A DNA stretch of 62,620 nucleotides, filler included, from Squatina squatina (taxonomy: Eukaryota): NCBI GenBank assembly GCA_031763465.1. It is 3 parts of 3 records of this genome, joined end to end, with 100 filler letters (N's around TTAATTAATTAA, not from the genome) between each part and the next. Parts side by side here need not be neighbours in the genome. Positions count along the whole stretch, not along the records: positions 22,760 to 47,142 come from JARFOE010000115.1; positions 47,243 to 62,620 come from JARFOE010000004.1; 1 more part is not named here. One strand, written 5' to 3'. Both the position numbers and the translations under genes were made by a program. Under the pieces are notes generated by a model that saw nothing but the letters and a program-made list of their open reading frames with translations, was not told the DNA's origin and did no database searches. Position 1 is the first letter of the stretch, and each line of letters opens with the position of its first letter. Shown here piece after piece: positions 37,418-48,386 of this stretch.

Positions 37418-38569
37418 NNNNNNNNNNNNNNNNNNNNNNNNNNNNNNNNNNNNNNNNNNNNNNNNNNNNNNNNNNNNNNNNNNNNNNNNNNNNNNNNNNN
37501 NNNNNNNNNNNNNNNNNGGGGTCGTGTGATCCAATTACAAAAGATGATGCTGAACCGAGAAAATATCTAGTGTAAACCTGGCATTTCTCCAATATTTGTC
37601 TGACTGTGCTCCTGGGACATTTTTCTGCATTAAAGGTGCTGTATAAATAAGTTGTTGTCAACCCCACCAGCTTCAAATGGGGCTTCAGCCTTTGCCGCCT
37701 AGTCAGAAGAGCTGGTTAAGATCGAAGATAGCAGGATTCAGTTAGGACATCGGCAGGTAAGTCTCCTCATCAATTTGAACTGCCTACCTGCCCGGTTACA
37801 ACCAGGCAGTAAAGTTAAAATCAACCTGTGCCACATTTCCATACTAATGGTGCAGTACATTGGAAAATGAACACACTGTTCCACCCACCATCCCACTCCA
37901 TGTAAGGGTATTTTACATTTTCTCGGACAGCAAAAGATAAATCAATTTTACAGAAAATGGAAGAAAGGTTGTCAAGTTTTCTGGTTGGGTCTGTTTGAAC
38001 GACTTCCCACACAAGCTCTAGCGTGGAAAACAATTTAAATAAGACAGTATGCTGCTGTAATGTTCTACATTTCAACAGATGCTTTCAAAAGCCAAGTGCA
38101 AGAATGGAAGTGGGCATTGGCACAGAGGAAAAGCACCAAATGTTACCAAATTGTTGGCTTCAATGGATCTAATCAACTGTTGTAAATTAATTACTGGTGC
38201 TATATTGTTCGCTTATGTTTATCAACTCACTTTTGGAGAATGTTTTCTTTCTTTGACTAACTTTTTGAGAATATTATCTGATTCTAAACTGTAATGACAT
38301 CCAGTGTAGATATGTAGTCAGGAATTGTAGCACCTCAGCTTGTGGTTTGACAGTACCAATAATCAGTGACATGACAGTAGGGGATATGGATTTGATGCCC
38401 GACTACAATGAGAGACCAATCTTAGCTGTGATGCTGGGAAGACATTGAGTGGCAAGCTAAAGAATTGGAGGAATAGGTCTAGGTTGCCTTCGCACTCAGT
38501 CTGTGGTAAATGGCCGAAGAAGAAAAAGGTTGGGAGGGTATGGACAGTGGAGGGACTTCACAATATCCC

Positions 38570-39236
38570 AAAGTCAAAACATTGCCCGCATTTTCTGGGG
38601 CCTATGACCGCGTACTCCTCGCAAGTTCTGGGTTTACGCATGCGCTGTGCATTCGCGGGAAAAGGACATTCGCTGGGCTATTTACCCAACCACTGCCCAG
38701 CGAATGCCCATGAAACTCTTCCGCCTGGTAAAAGCAGGCATTCTTTTACCAGTGTAGGAGTTTAAATAAATATTAAAATACATTTTAAAAATCATTTTAA
38801 CCTTCAAAAACCCATAAAATAAGTTTGTGTTATTTTTGACCCTTGAAAAATGTTAAATTTATTTTTCAAAAAGTTACATTTTTGTTTGCAATGTTTAATG
38901 AAATTATATTTTAATTCATTTTAAATATGCAATAATTTTTTTTATTTCAGTATTGTTAAAATGTATTTTTGGGGTAATTCCTATTATGGAGATTCCACAC
39001 ATAAATGGGAAGCATAATGGGAGTTCCCTTTTTGATTGGTTGGGCAGTCCCATGTGATCCCACGGACGCTTGCAAATTGCTTGCGCTTCTGGGATGCGTA
39101 GGCCTCTATGCATACATATGCATAGAAGCCCAGGAGTGCGAGTCTTCGTGGATCCTGGACCATCAGGTACATTCGTAGTTTTATTGTGGTTTGTAGGCAT
39201 CACCCGCAGGAACCTCTGACCACAAATTCAGGCCCA
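38570..39236. mobile_element. Non-autonomous DNA-transposon-like repeat
   Basis: GC-rich arms around an AT-rich core. Right end aattcaggccc-attaa. Its right part resembles 4460-4671. Confidence 0.5.
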
Positions 39237-39300
39237 TTAAATTCAATTCCACACTAGGGAACAATATGGTTTCAGAACAACTCTTGCATAACAGTTATAG

Positions 39301-39687
39301 GAGGCAAAATTTGGTGGCCCCGAAAACTGGTAGGGATCGCAATGCGTGATTAACCTATGTCCATTGCTTCCAATGCAGGCAGCACACCTACTTCAAGCTG
39401 CCTGCTAATTTGCATGATTGGTTCATGCAGCCAGCACTAAATGCGCTGTTCATTGGCTGCAAGCCTCAACTGGGCCCAAGTTTGTGTGAGGCTAGCACCA
39501 CTTAAAGCTAGCCTGAACGTCTTAAAGGGGAGGTGCATTCTCACTGGAGTTGGTACTGGAACTGTTTGTGAAAGAGAGTCTGAGCAAGAAGAAGCGTGAA
39601 TTACAGTGCAACAGGGGAGAGAGAGTATGTGCTCCAAGTTTCTCTGGCGCTGCACTGGAGACCTTGGTGGAGGAGGTGGAGTGGAGG
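39301..39687 (+). mobile_element. Harbinger-type left end with start of Myb/SANT-like ORF
   Basis: Same family as 32756-33068. Reads RVCAPSFSGAALETLVEEVE before the gap. Confidence 0.7.
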
Positions 39688-40513
39688 NNNNNNNNNNNNN
39701 NNNNNNNNNNNNNNNNNNNNNNNNNNNNNNNNNNNNNNNNNNNNNNNNNNNNNNNNNNNNNNNNNNNNNNNNNNNNNNNNNNNNNNNCAACTTTAATATT
39801 TTGTCACATTATAATTGCATCTTGTATAAAAGAAACAATTATTAAAATCATCATGTGGCAGAAACCATTTTATTTGAATGCAGTGAAGCACACAGTTCTC
39901 ATAAACCTGGTGGAACATGCAATCACTATTTATGTTTAAAGTGCCATTATATTAAATTAGGGCCTATTACTTTCTAACTTGAGAGAAGGCCAGCATACAT
40001 TCTGTAGGAAATGAGAAAGAAAATGAAACGTTCCACCAAAAACAAATACACGAGACAACCCGGGACTTATTAGATCTGATTAATAAGATGAAAATATGAT
40101 TTACCAGCAGTTTATGTAATCAACAGTGAAAATTGTGTCTTGCTGTTTATTTGTAATGTACTGTGCATTTTTCTTTTGCTTTTTTTAAAAAAGGAAACAC
40201 TGACTTCATTAGTCGTTTGAAGGGGAATTGCAAAAGAATATCCGCACGGTGTTTTCAAATCCTGTTTCAAGCAGCAGGGGCAGTACATCAAGTGAAAGTG
40301 ACAGATCTGCAAAATGTAAACTTCCCATCACACTGGCACACTAACCACTGCATCGCTTTGCTGAGGCACTGACTACTCTTTAATGAGCCCCTTTGGTGGC
40401 TGTAAAGAAGGGGATTATAGGGGTTACACCATCTAAGTCTATTTGTCTTACAAATACCACACTAACTACCAATTACATTGTCATAAAAGTTGAAGTGATG
40501 TTTTCTTTTGCAG

Positions 40514-40600
40514 AAAGCACTAGAAATGACAAGAGAAGAGTTCGGTATCCTGCCCTCCTGGAAACAAGTTAAACTGAAGAAAGCAAAAGGACTTTTCTGA
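40514..40600 (+). CDS. SVIL: Supervillin (villin headpiece) terminal coding exon
   Basis: Acceptor ttttcttttgcag|. Reads [28 protein letters not shown], resembling the supervillin C-terminus ([27 protein letters not shown]). Which paralogue it is cannot be determined here. Confidence 0.85.
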   Translation, partial: KALEMTREEFGILPSWKQVKLKKAKGLF

Positions 40601-41350
40601 GTAGTTTGTCGTACAGTACATTGATATTTTTAACACCTGCTTAGTGACGGAGCTTTCACCGAAGATCATTTTGACATCCGTGGATCAATCATGGATTGTG
40701 TTCTGGTCAATGGAACACAGTATAGAAATAAATTGCACATTCAGGGCAGCAATGCCTTTTTTGGGGAATCTTGTCAATTTGTGCATGTTGAGGGGAACTA
40801 TATGGATTTTAACAGTGTTGACATAATGAGACAGTGCCGTTGTATGCATTTGATCTCAGAATGCACTTATGGCAACAGATGCGATTTGGCCATATCCTGC
40901 CTATGTATCTTGAAGGCGATTTATTTTGTAAAGTGTTATTTTGTGTGTAGCAGATAGCAAATCATGAAGAGTTTATATTGAGTAAATAAATAGAAACTGT
41001 TTCCAATTGCTGANNNNNNNNNNNNNNNNNNNNNNNNNNNNNNNNNNNNNNNNNNNNNNNNNNNNNNNNNNNNNNNNNNNNNNNNNNNNNNNNNNNNNNN
41101 NNNNNNNNNNNNNCCCATTTTTTACTGACTTTTATGACTACCTTTACAATTCCCCCACATCCTAGGGACAAAGTAGCTCTGAGAGTAACCATTAGTTTAA
41201 GTAAACGTATTTTCAGTTCTGTGGAACAAGCTCTACTTTTCAATTATAAGCCATTAAACAACATTCACAGGCAGGTGTTCTTTGTAGCAGAAGTGGCCTA
41301 AACTAAATGCAAATAATCTAATTTTAGTATCCGCGGTGTTTGAGGTAAAT

Positions 41351-41372
41351 TTACTGATCAGTGATGCGTTCC
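41351..41372 (-). CDS. Putative terminal exon of unidentified gene: (W)ERITDQ*
   Basis: Strong acceptor ttgtttcctctctgtag|. Phase-2 start is compatible with the 70-nt exon at 41986-42055. TAA stop at 41351-41353. Confidence 0.5.
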
Positions 41373-41985
41373 CTACAGAGAGGAAACAATCAGCATGAGC
41401 CTTCAGCTGCTTTAGCCTATTAAAGCAGGAAGGCTTCACTTTGCTGTTAGTTAAGCACTCAAAAGGCAGGCCTAAGAGGTGGGGACAATGACAAGTCTGC
41501 AGCAGGCTGCACTGTACATGTTGAGATATTGTTTTCCGCTTAACTGAGCGGCAGTGAATTGATATGTTAGCAATGAAATGCAATGACAATTAATTTGTAA
41601 CTGACCTAGTTGTTACCGTCATTATGCTTTGCTTTTTACAGCTTTCACCGTTATTCAAACCGATGTGTTTAGAGATGACATCGCAGGAAAATTTCACTTA
41701 TGCTTCTGTATTGAAGTAATTATCCATTTAGACATAAGTTTGATCAGCTGTCTCTTTGTGTTCATAGACTGGCAGAAATGGTGCAAACAAGATAGTTTTG
41801 CTGAATCATTGCATGCTTGTTGGTGACACAATTTATCAATAACAATGTCTTTGAGGCTGTTCTATTACCCGTACTTNNNNNNNNNNNNNNNNNNNNNNNN
41901 NNNNNNNNNNNNNNNNNNNNNNNNNNNNNNNNNNNNNNNNNNNNNNNNNNNNNNNNNNNNNNNNNNNNNNNNNNNNATCACTTAC

Positions 41986-42055
41986 CACGGGCATGTAAAT
42001 GTCTCACTGTCTACTTCCAACAGGCTGGCAGAAGGGACTGCAACAGGCCTCAACG
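41986..42055 (-). CDS. Putative 70-nt internal exon of unidentified gene: LRPVAVPSASLLEVDSETFTCP(W)
   Basis: Acceptor tttttttctcgtttgatttccatag| and donor |gtaagt. Open in the phase 1-to-2 frame. Confidence 0.6.
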
Positions 42056-45000
42056 CTATGGAAATCAAACGAGAAAAAAAACATACTGACTGTGAGGCAA
42101 ATTTACTTCTAATTTAACTGGAATTATCAAGCACCAGTGACGAGAAGGTGGTGGACTAGTTTCCATTGAACTGAATAAATTATTTCCTAATTCTCCGTGC
42201 TTCAGGCAGGAAGTTAAAAAGGCTCATAACATTACTCTGGGCTGGTGCAGGATTAAGAAATAATCACAGGGTATCCCTTCGACTTCTGCATATTATTCTT
42301 CTGTCACAACCAAATCCATTAAAGTAATTAGCAATTAATAGACATATTTGTGTAAGGAAAACATTAACAGGTGCAGTATAGATTAATTCCCTGAATGTTG
42401 TTAAAAAAAAAATCACTGCTTGCATGAATGGATAGAACCGGAATTACTTCATCGCCAGCACAACTTTGATGGTATTGCTCACAGTAACTAGGAAGATGTG
42501 TTGTTTTGTAACAATATAGGAATGTTATACTGTGTAACGCACAATGTTACATCAGCAAGGGAATGTTTATGTTGCTCGCCAATTCCTAAAAGGCATAATG
42601 GGGCTAGTTTGAAGGGAGCAGTCTGCTGGTGCGGTGTCCCTTGAAGCCTGCAAAGTATTTTTGGACCAGAGCAGAAACCAGATTTTCCACTTGCTCAGCT
42701 AATTCCTGTGGGACCACTGCTGTAACTATGATGATCCCGAGGTCAATTGGAGGCTGATTGCTGTTACTGAGGGAAGTTTGTTGACTTTTTATTTTAATGT
42801 GCTACTTGTTTATTGGTGTATTCTCTCCCCATTCACTTGTGATTCGTTCAAATATACTCAAAACAGCAACCAATCAGCTGCTAGCATAACATACATTGTG
42901 CAGGTGTGATACTTTGCAGTGTATTAGATACAAGACTTGTCTCTATTAAATTTGGTACACCCATTGTACACTCCTTATTTGGGCGTCACCATTTCTGTCA
43001 TGGCTCTAGGTGGCATCTTGTTAAGAGTTATTATTAAGTGAGCAGCAACGGTGTGTCACAGGGTCCCATCACATCTGCAGCTGCACATCCCTTGCACTAG
43101 ACAGAGCTTCAGAAGCTAAACCACCATTATATAGCTTCCGGGGCTTTACACCCCAGCATAGAACCAATATTGTAACCTTCTTGTCTACATAATACATTGA
43201 TAAATCATACCTATCTATTAACTAAAAAAAAAATTGTAACGGACACGATCATAAAATTTCTAGCATCAGCCCTCCAAGTCCAGCCACGACTCCCACCTCA
43301 AAGCCTGGCATCGGACCTCCAGAACCCTCCGCTGCCCCTTTTACCATATCCTCCCTCCTGTGGAATTTCTCCCACTCAATCCTACTCTAGATTTTTTACT
43401 TCTTTTCCCTTCCTCAATTTTTAAGTTACCCCACTTCAGGCCTCCAGGCCCAATATGCCACCCGCAACAGTTCTGATATCACTCCTGAAAAAGCCATCAG
43501 TATTGTTTTTTGCCCTCTCCACTGATATTTTCCCCCCTCCTCACACTACTTCTCCATTTTGCACCCCCACCCCAGTCTCTCCTGTCTTTTCCAGCAACAA
43601 ATATCTGTCAATTTAATCATATTTACCATTTATAATTGAATAATTTCAATATTCTAATTCAAATATTTAATCTTTAATACTTAATTTTCCTCATTTAGTG
43701 TACATTAAACCACTCAAATGATCATTTTAATTGGAAAGGATTTCAATATTTCATTTGTTTATACTACATATTATTTTGCATTATTTCTATCAGTTTACAA
43801 TGTTCCTCAAAAGGGGACAATCACGTTTAAAATCAAGACAACATAGGAGCATGATGGGAAATTGTTCCACATTAGCATCACACAGGATCCAATGTAGTGC
43901 ACAGCACATCGTTAACAGCTCCATGGGGTAGTTAATTCCTTCCTCCAAAAGTACTTAATTGGCTGTAAAGCGCTTTGGGATATCCAAAGGTTGTGAAAGC
44001 ATGCAATCTATTTTTCTTTTTGGTCTAACTCACCATGGACAATGGGGTGGGAGATTGACTAGGAAATCCCTATAAATAGAATTTGGAACATACACAACCT
44101 GGAGAGTGCTTCTCAGCTCTAAATATGGCTGTTGTCCTTTGGTGCATATCCTGCAGCAGGATCTCCGACTTTATAAAATCAAAGGGAAATATGTTGCCTA
44201 CGTGTGCCATTATGAACACTTTTCTGTCATCACCATAACTGCCCCTGTTATGGTGGGCTACAGCTCTTTAAAAACTACTTGCCAGATGTTGTGATGCCCA
44301 TCTAAGTGTATTGGAGCCCAATCTCTTTGTATGTTGCTTTTCCTGAGCGAATAGCCTATTCAAAATATGGGAAGGAACTTATATTAGAAAATTTGTAGAA
44401 TCCTCTCCCCACCTTTAAGAATGCCTGCACATATGCCAGAACAACCTACTTTTTCCAGGAATGCAAATTGACGCTATAAGGTATATATTCCTCTGCATTT
44501 CTCCGCCAACATCTGAACTACAAACTCAAAAGAAAGCCTGCAGGACAGGTGTGAATGTTTCATTATTTTACCAATCCTTATAGCATTGACAGCTTTGTGC
44601 TGAATTTTAGGAATTGTTGTGTGAACTATCGTGGTAACAACTGAGAGTAAGACAGCTCTAACTGATTCCACTTAGGATTCTTACAGCTTTCAAACAGGTA
44701 CTTTCATCCCATCATTCTAAACAGGATTTGAACCCAGTGAAAAGATGAGGTTAATTCACTGCTCCAGCCCGTCTCACTCAGCAAAAGTCTGTGGAACTAG
44801 AAGAGGAAATTTTACTGTGAAATAACATACTGCCCTTTTACAGAAAAATAGTGGACATAATAGTATTTTGAAACTTCTGCACTGAATCACCTCCTTTGTT
44901 CTGTCAAGATTTCTTCTTTTGAGTCTTGGATAAAATGCAGCTTTGATATCATGTAACTTTTCTTTTGGGTGCAATAATTCTCCATTTACCATTTCTTACA

Positions 45001-45722
45001 GTTCGTAACTGCTGCTAATAATACCTAATTAATTTATAAGTGGTCTGAGTAACAAGGAGGTTAAAGATTTAACGTATAAACTAACTTGTTTAAATACCCT
45101 TGAGTGATCATTTGGGATGAGATGCCAATTCATATTTCACCCCATTAAAACTGGTGAGTCTGAATGCCAATATTCAAATTTTCCCATTATGAACACGACT
45201 GTGGGGTTGTCAATGCAGCAGCGGGACTGGTTTAGATGCTCTAAAATTCTCTTGTTACTGACATTTTCCAAATTTTACAAATACTACAAGATTCCCTCAT
45301 TTCCTTGATAGGTCATGGTTTGGGAGGATGCACAGGTTCTGCTATTGGAATCAACAACTCCTTGCCCACACCCAACATGATGGAAAAATATTTAATGTTG
45401 TCATTTTTCCTGCAATGACTAACTATGTTGTAACTTCACTATTTTATCGGAAAAAAATGTGGCTAATAACTTGATTTACTGTTAATGAACTCCGAGTGTA
45501 TTTATTTACATTTTGCAGCAGTTTTAGGGGAGTTGCGTTCAAAGAAAGTTCAAATAATGCACACTTTTTAAATCATCCAAAGATATATGATTCTTAGAAC
45601 ACCCGAGAATTTGCTTGAGCTCTTAACTCATCCAATACTTACTAATATCTCTGAGGATACACTACACCATACACAAGTCATAACTCAGCTGAAGATTTCT
45701 TTGCACAGAACAAACTCCTCAC

Positions 45723-45755
45723 TTTTCCGAGGATTGGCTTGTACAATACAAACCT
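45723..45755 (-). CDS. Putative 33-nt phase 1-1 exon of unidentified gene: (E)VCIVQANPRK
   Basis: Branch-like ctaat, then gtggtccttttaag| and donor |gtgag. Frame-compatible with the neighbouring candidate exons. Confidence 0.35.
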
Positions 45756-46332
45756 CTTAAAAGGACCACAATTAAATGATTAGAGTGCAGAGAACAAATA
45801 TCAAAAAGGATGTTAAGGTACAAGGCACATAACTTGGTGGGGTGGGTGGTGGGCGAGGGACAGGTGGGGGGATTGCTTTGATTGCTGTATGAAGCTAGAT
45901 CATTAATATATAGTCCAAAAACACGTGTTTCCAATATAATTTCACCAGAGTAATTCTTCCATCTTGAAAAGCTGCATGGAGACAAGTGTGTAGGTCTGAC
46001 ACAGTAGTAAATGTTTGGATTGTAATGATTGATATATCAGGTACCCCAAGAGTGCAGGGGCAAGCAGCTGTAACAAGTAAGTGCATCTCATTATATTGTA
46101 ACAGTGGTAGAGTGGGTTCAAATTTTTTGAGGTTTCCACTTTGTTACCAGTTTTAACATGTGTTTGGCTCAGCCTCAATCAGTAACAAGAGCATTGTAAC
46201 TCCTATGGAGCAGAGGTGGTTGGGCAACATCACAGTGAATGTTTTTCAGCAACATTATTAACTTAATCTTCTTAATCTTGAAGATAATATTGGTCCGTTT
46301 TTTGTGGTCGGTGGCAAAGGAACAGCGCTCAC

Positions 46333-46416
46333 CGTTCACCTCGCTGACAACTGGCCACAAAGTTTTTGTGGGCTTTTGAGCGCAGACTTGCTCTAATTTG
46401 GAGTCTGATGCAGCAC
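46333..46416 (-). CDS. Putative exon (5' end in gap) of unidentified gene: AASDSKLEQVCAQKPTKTLWPVVSEVN
   Basis: Open frame ending at the phase-1 donor ACG|gtgagc. Confidence 0.4.
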
Positions 46417-47142
46417 NNNNNNNNNNNNNNNNNNNNNNNNNNNNNNNNNNNNNNNNNNNNNNNNNNNNNNNNNNNNNNNNNNNNNNNNNNNNNNNNNNNN
46501 NNNNNNNNNNNNNNNNGTTTGGTTGCATGTTTCTGGCTGTGAAACGTGTTACTATTGTGCAATTACCAAACCACACAACAAGTGGTAGCTGCAAATACTT
46601 GGATGCTGTTATCACCACACTGTTTGGTAATCACACAGTAATAACAGGCTACACATCCAGAACTATGCTGCCAAACAGAACTGACTACAGCTGTGTCTGA
46701 GTGTCTCCAGCTATTACATTTAGTGTGCAAGTTTGGTAACACTCCAAGGGGTAGCTACAAAGAATCAGACGCAGTTATATTTGGGTTGGGTTGACTGTTT
46801 ATTCCTGGCTGTGCAGTTTGTATGATTACCAAGTCACACACCAAGGGGTAGCTGTTGATAGTTGGATATAATCGCCTCCTACTTTGAATTACAGAGAAAT
46901 AAATGAACAGTGAATTTTCACAGGTTAAAAATGTAATGAATGTTCCTCAAACTATGCTCCAGACATAACACTGCTCAGTGGTGCAGGATGTAAGTTGCAA
47001 TGTTAGACTAGCCTGCAATTAGTGACAATAATGTGGATGTATAATTACAGAATATGAGCAGCATGATTATTCAACCTATATTTTTATGAGACCTATAACA
47101 ACCTACTGTGAAACAGCCCTGTCCATCTGAATGTCACTGTAT

Positions 47143-47242
47143 NNNNNNNNNNNNNNNNNNNNNNNNNNNNNNNNNNNNNNNNNNNNTTAATTAATTAANN
47201 NNNNNNNNNNNNNNNNNNNNNNNNNNNNNNNNNNNNNNNNNN
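47143..47242. other. Artificial scaffolding linker: 44 N + TTAATTAATTAA + 44 N
   Basis: Identical construction, with the 12-mer at 47187-47198. Confidence 0.9.
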
Positions 47243-47472
47243 TGCTGCCGTGCTGACAAACGTGCCTGAGGGAAAGGCTCGTGGAGGTGGGATCCCAACC
47301 CGCTCCAACTTAGTTCAAATTTACCAACCGTCTGGCCTCCAATCGCACCAGCACTGAAAATTCCGGCCAAAGTGTGGTGCTAGGAGGTTGAAGCGATGGA
47401 ATAACAATGAATTCAAACAGTTAGGTGAGGAATGAGATGGACAGATGGGAATAGTAGCAATTATATAACTCA

Positions 47473-47586
<114 letters not shown>

Positions 47587-47614
47587 TTAAAGTATAATTT
47601 CAAGCCACAATTAT

Positions 47615-47805
47615 TAGAAACATAGAAACACAGAAAATAGGAGCAGAAGTAGGCCATTCGACCCTTCGAGCCTGCTCCGCCATTCAATATGATCTTGGCT
47701 GATCTAAATTTAGTACCCTGTTCCTGCTTTCTCTCCATACCCCTTAATCCCTTTGGCAATAAGAAGTATATCGAACTCCTTCCTGAATATATTTAATGAT
47801 TTGGC
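47615..47805 (-). mobile_element. CR1 LINE 3' end
   Basis: tagaaacatagaaac...aggagcagaagtaggccattcgacccttcgagcctgctcc. Confidence 0.85.
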
Positions 47806-47905
47806 NNNNNNNNNNNNNNNNNNNNNNNNNNNNNNNNNNNNNNNNNNNNNNNNNNNNNNNNNNNNNNNNNNNNNNNNNNNNNNNNNNNNNNNNNNNNNNN
47901 NNNNN

Positions 47906-48026
47906 ACCTCCTGTATTTCTGGCTTTTTTCAGTTCTGACGAAGGGTCATCGACCCGAAACGTTAACTCTGTTTTTCTCTCCATAGATGCTGCCTGACCTG
48001 CTGAGTTTTTCCAGCATTTTTTGTTT
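47906..48026 (+). mobile_element. Penelope-like terminal repeat fragment
   Basis: ttctgacgaagggtcatcgacccgaaacgttaactctg...cagatgctgcctgacctgctgag-type sequence. Same family as 4367-4437 and 12849-12965. Confidence 0.75.
47931..47967 (+). ncRNA. Minimal type I hammerhead ribozyme motif
   Basis: AGUU-CUGACGA-A-GGGUC-AUC-GACCC-GAAAC-GUU-AACU: conserved core, 5-bp stem II, 4-bp stem I and palindromic AACGUU stem III. Confidence 0.65.
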
Positions 48027-48115
48027 ATACACTACAGTTTAATGATCAGTGTACATGGACCGCTGAATCTTTTGGATCTGCACTGTTTCTAGATTTCCAG
48101 CATTCTCATTTTCAT

Positions 48116-48386
48116 TGGATGTGAAAGATTCCATTGCACTTTTCGAAGAAGAGCAAGGGAGTTCTCCCTCTATCCTGACCAATACTTATCCTTCAACCAG
48201 CACCACCAAAAACAGATTATCTGGTCATTTATCCGAGTGCTATTTGTGGGACCTTGCTGGGTGCAAATTGGCTACCACATTACCCTTCATTACAACAGTG
48301 ACTGTACTTCAAAAGCAACTCATTAGCTGTGAAGCACTTTGGGATGCCCTGAGCTCATGAAAGATGCTATACAAATGCAAGTTTTT
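48116..48386 (+). mobile_element. DeuSINE central and 3' part
   Basis: ggatgtgaaagattcc...gaagaagagc...gctatacaaatgcaagt. Confidence 0.75.

Noticed and set aside
42604-42785. Minus-strand ~60-codon open frame (QQTSLSNSNQPPIDLGIIIVTAVVPQELAEQVENL...)
   Set aside because: No start codon or convincing acceptor, and no recognisable homology. It ends in a stop inside the candidate gene's intron.
44778-44796. 19-nt AG/GT-bounded micro-exon candidate on the minus strand
   Set aside because: It would break the frame of the four-exon model, and such sites occur by chance.
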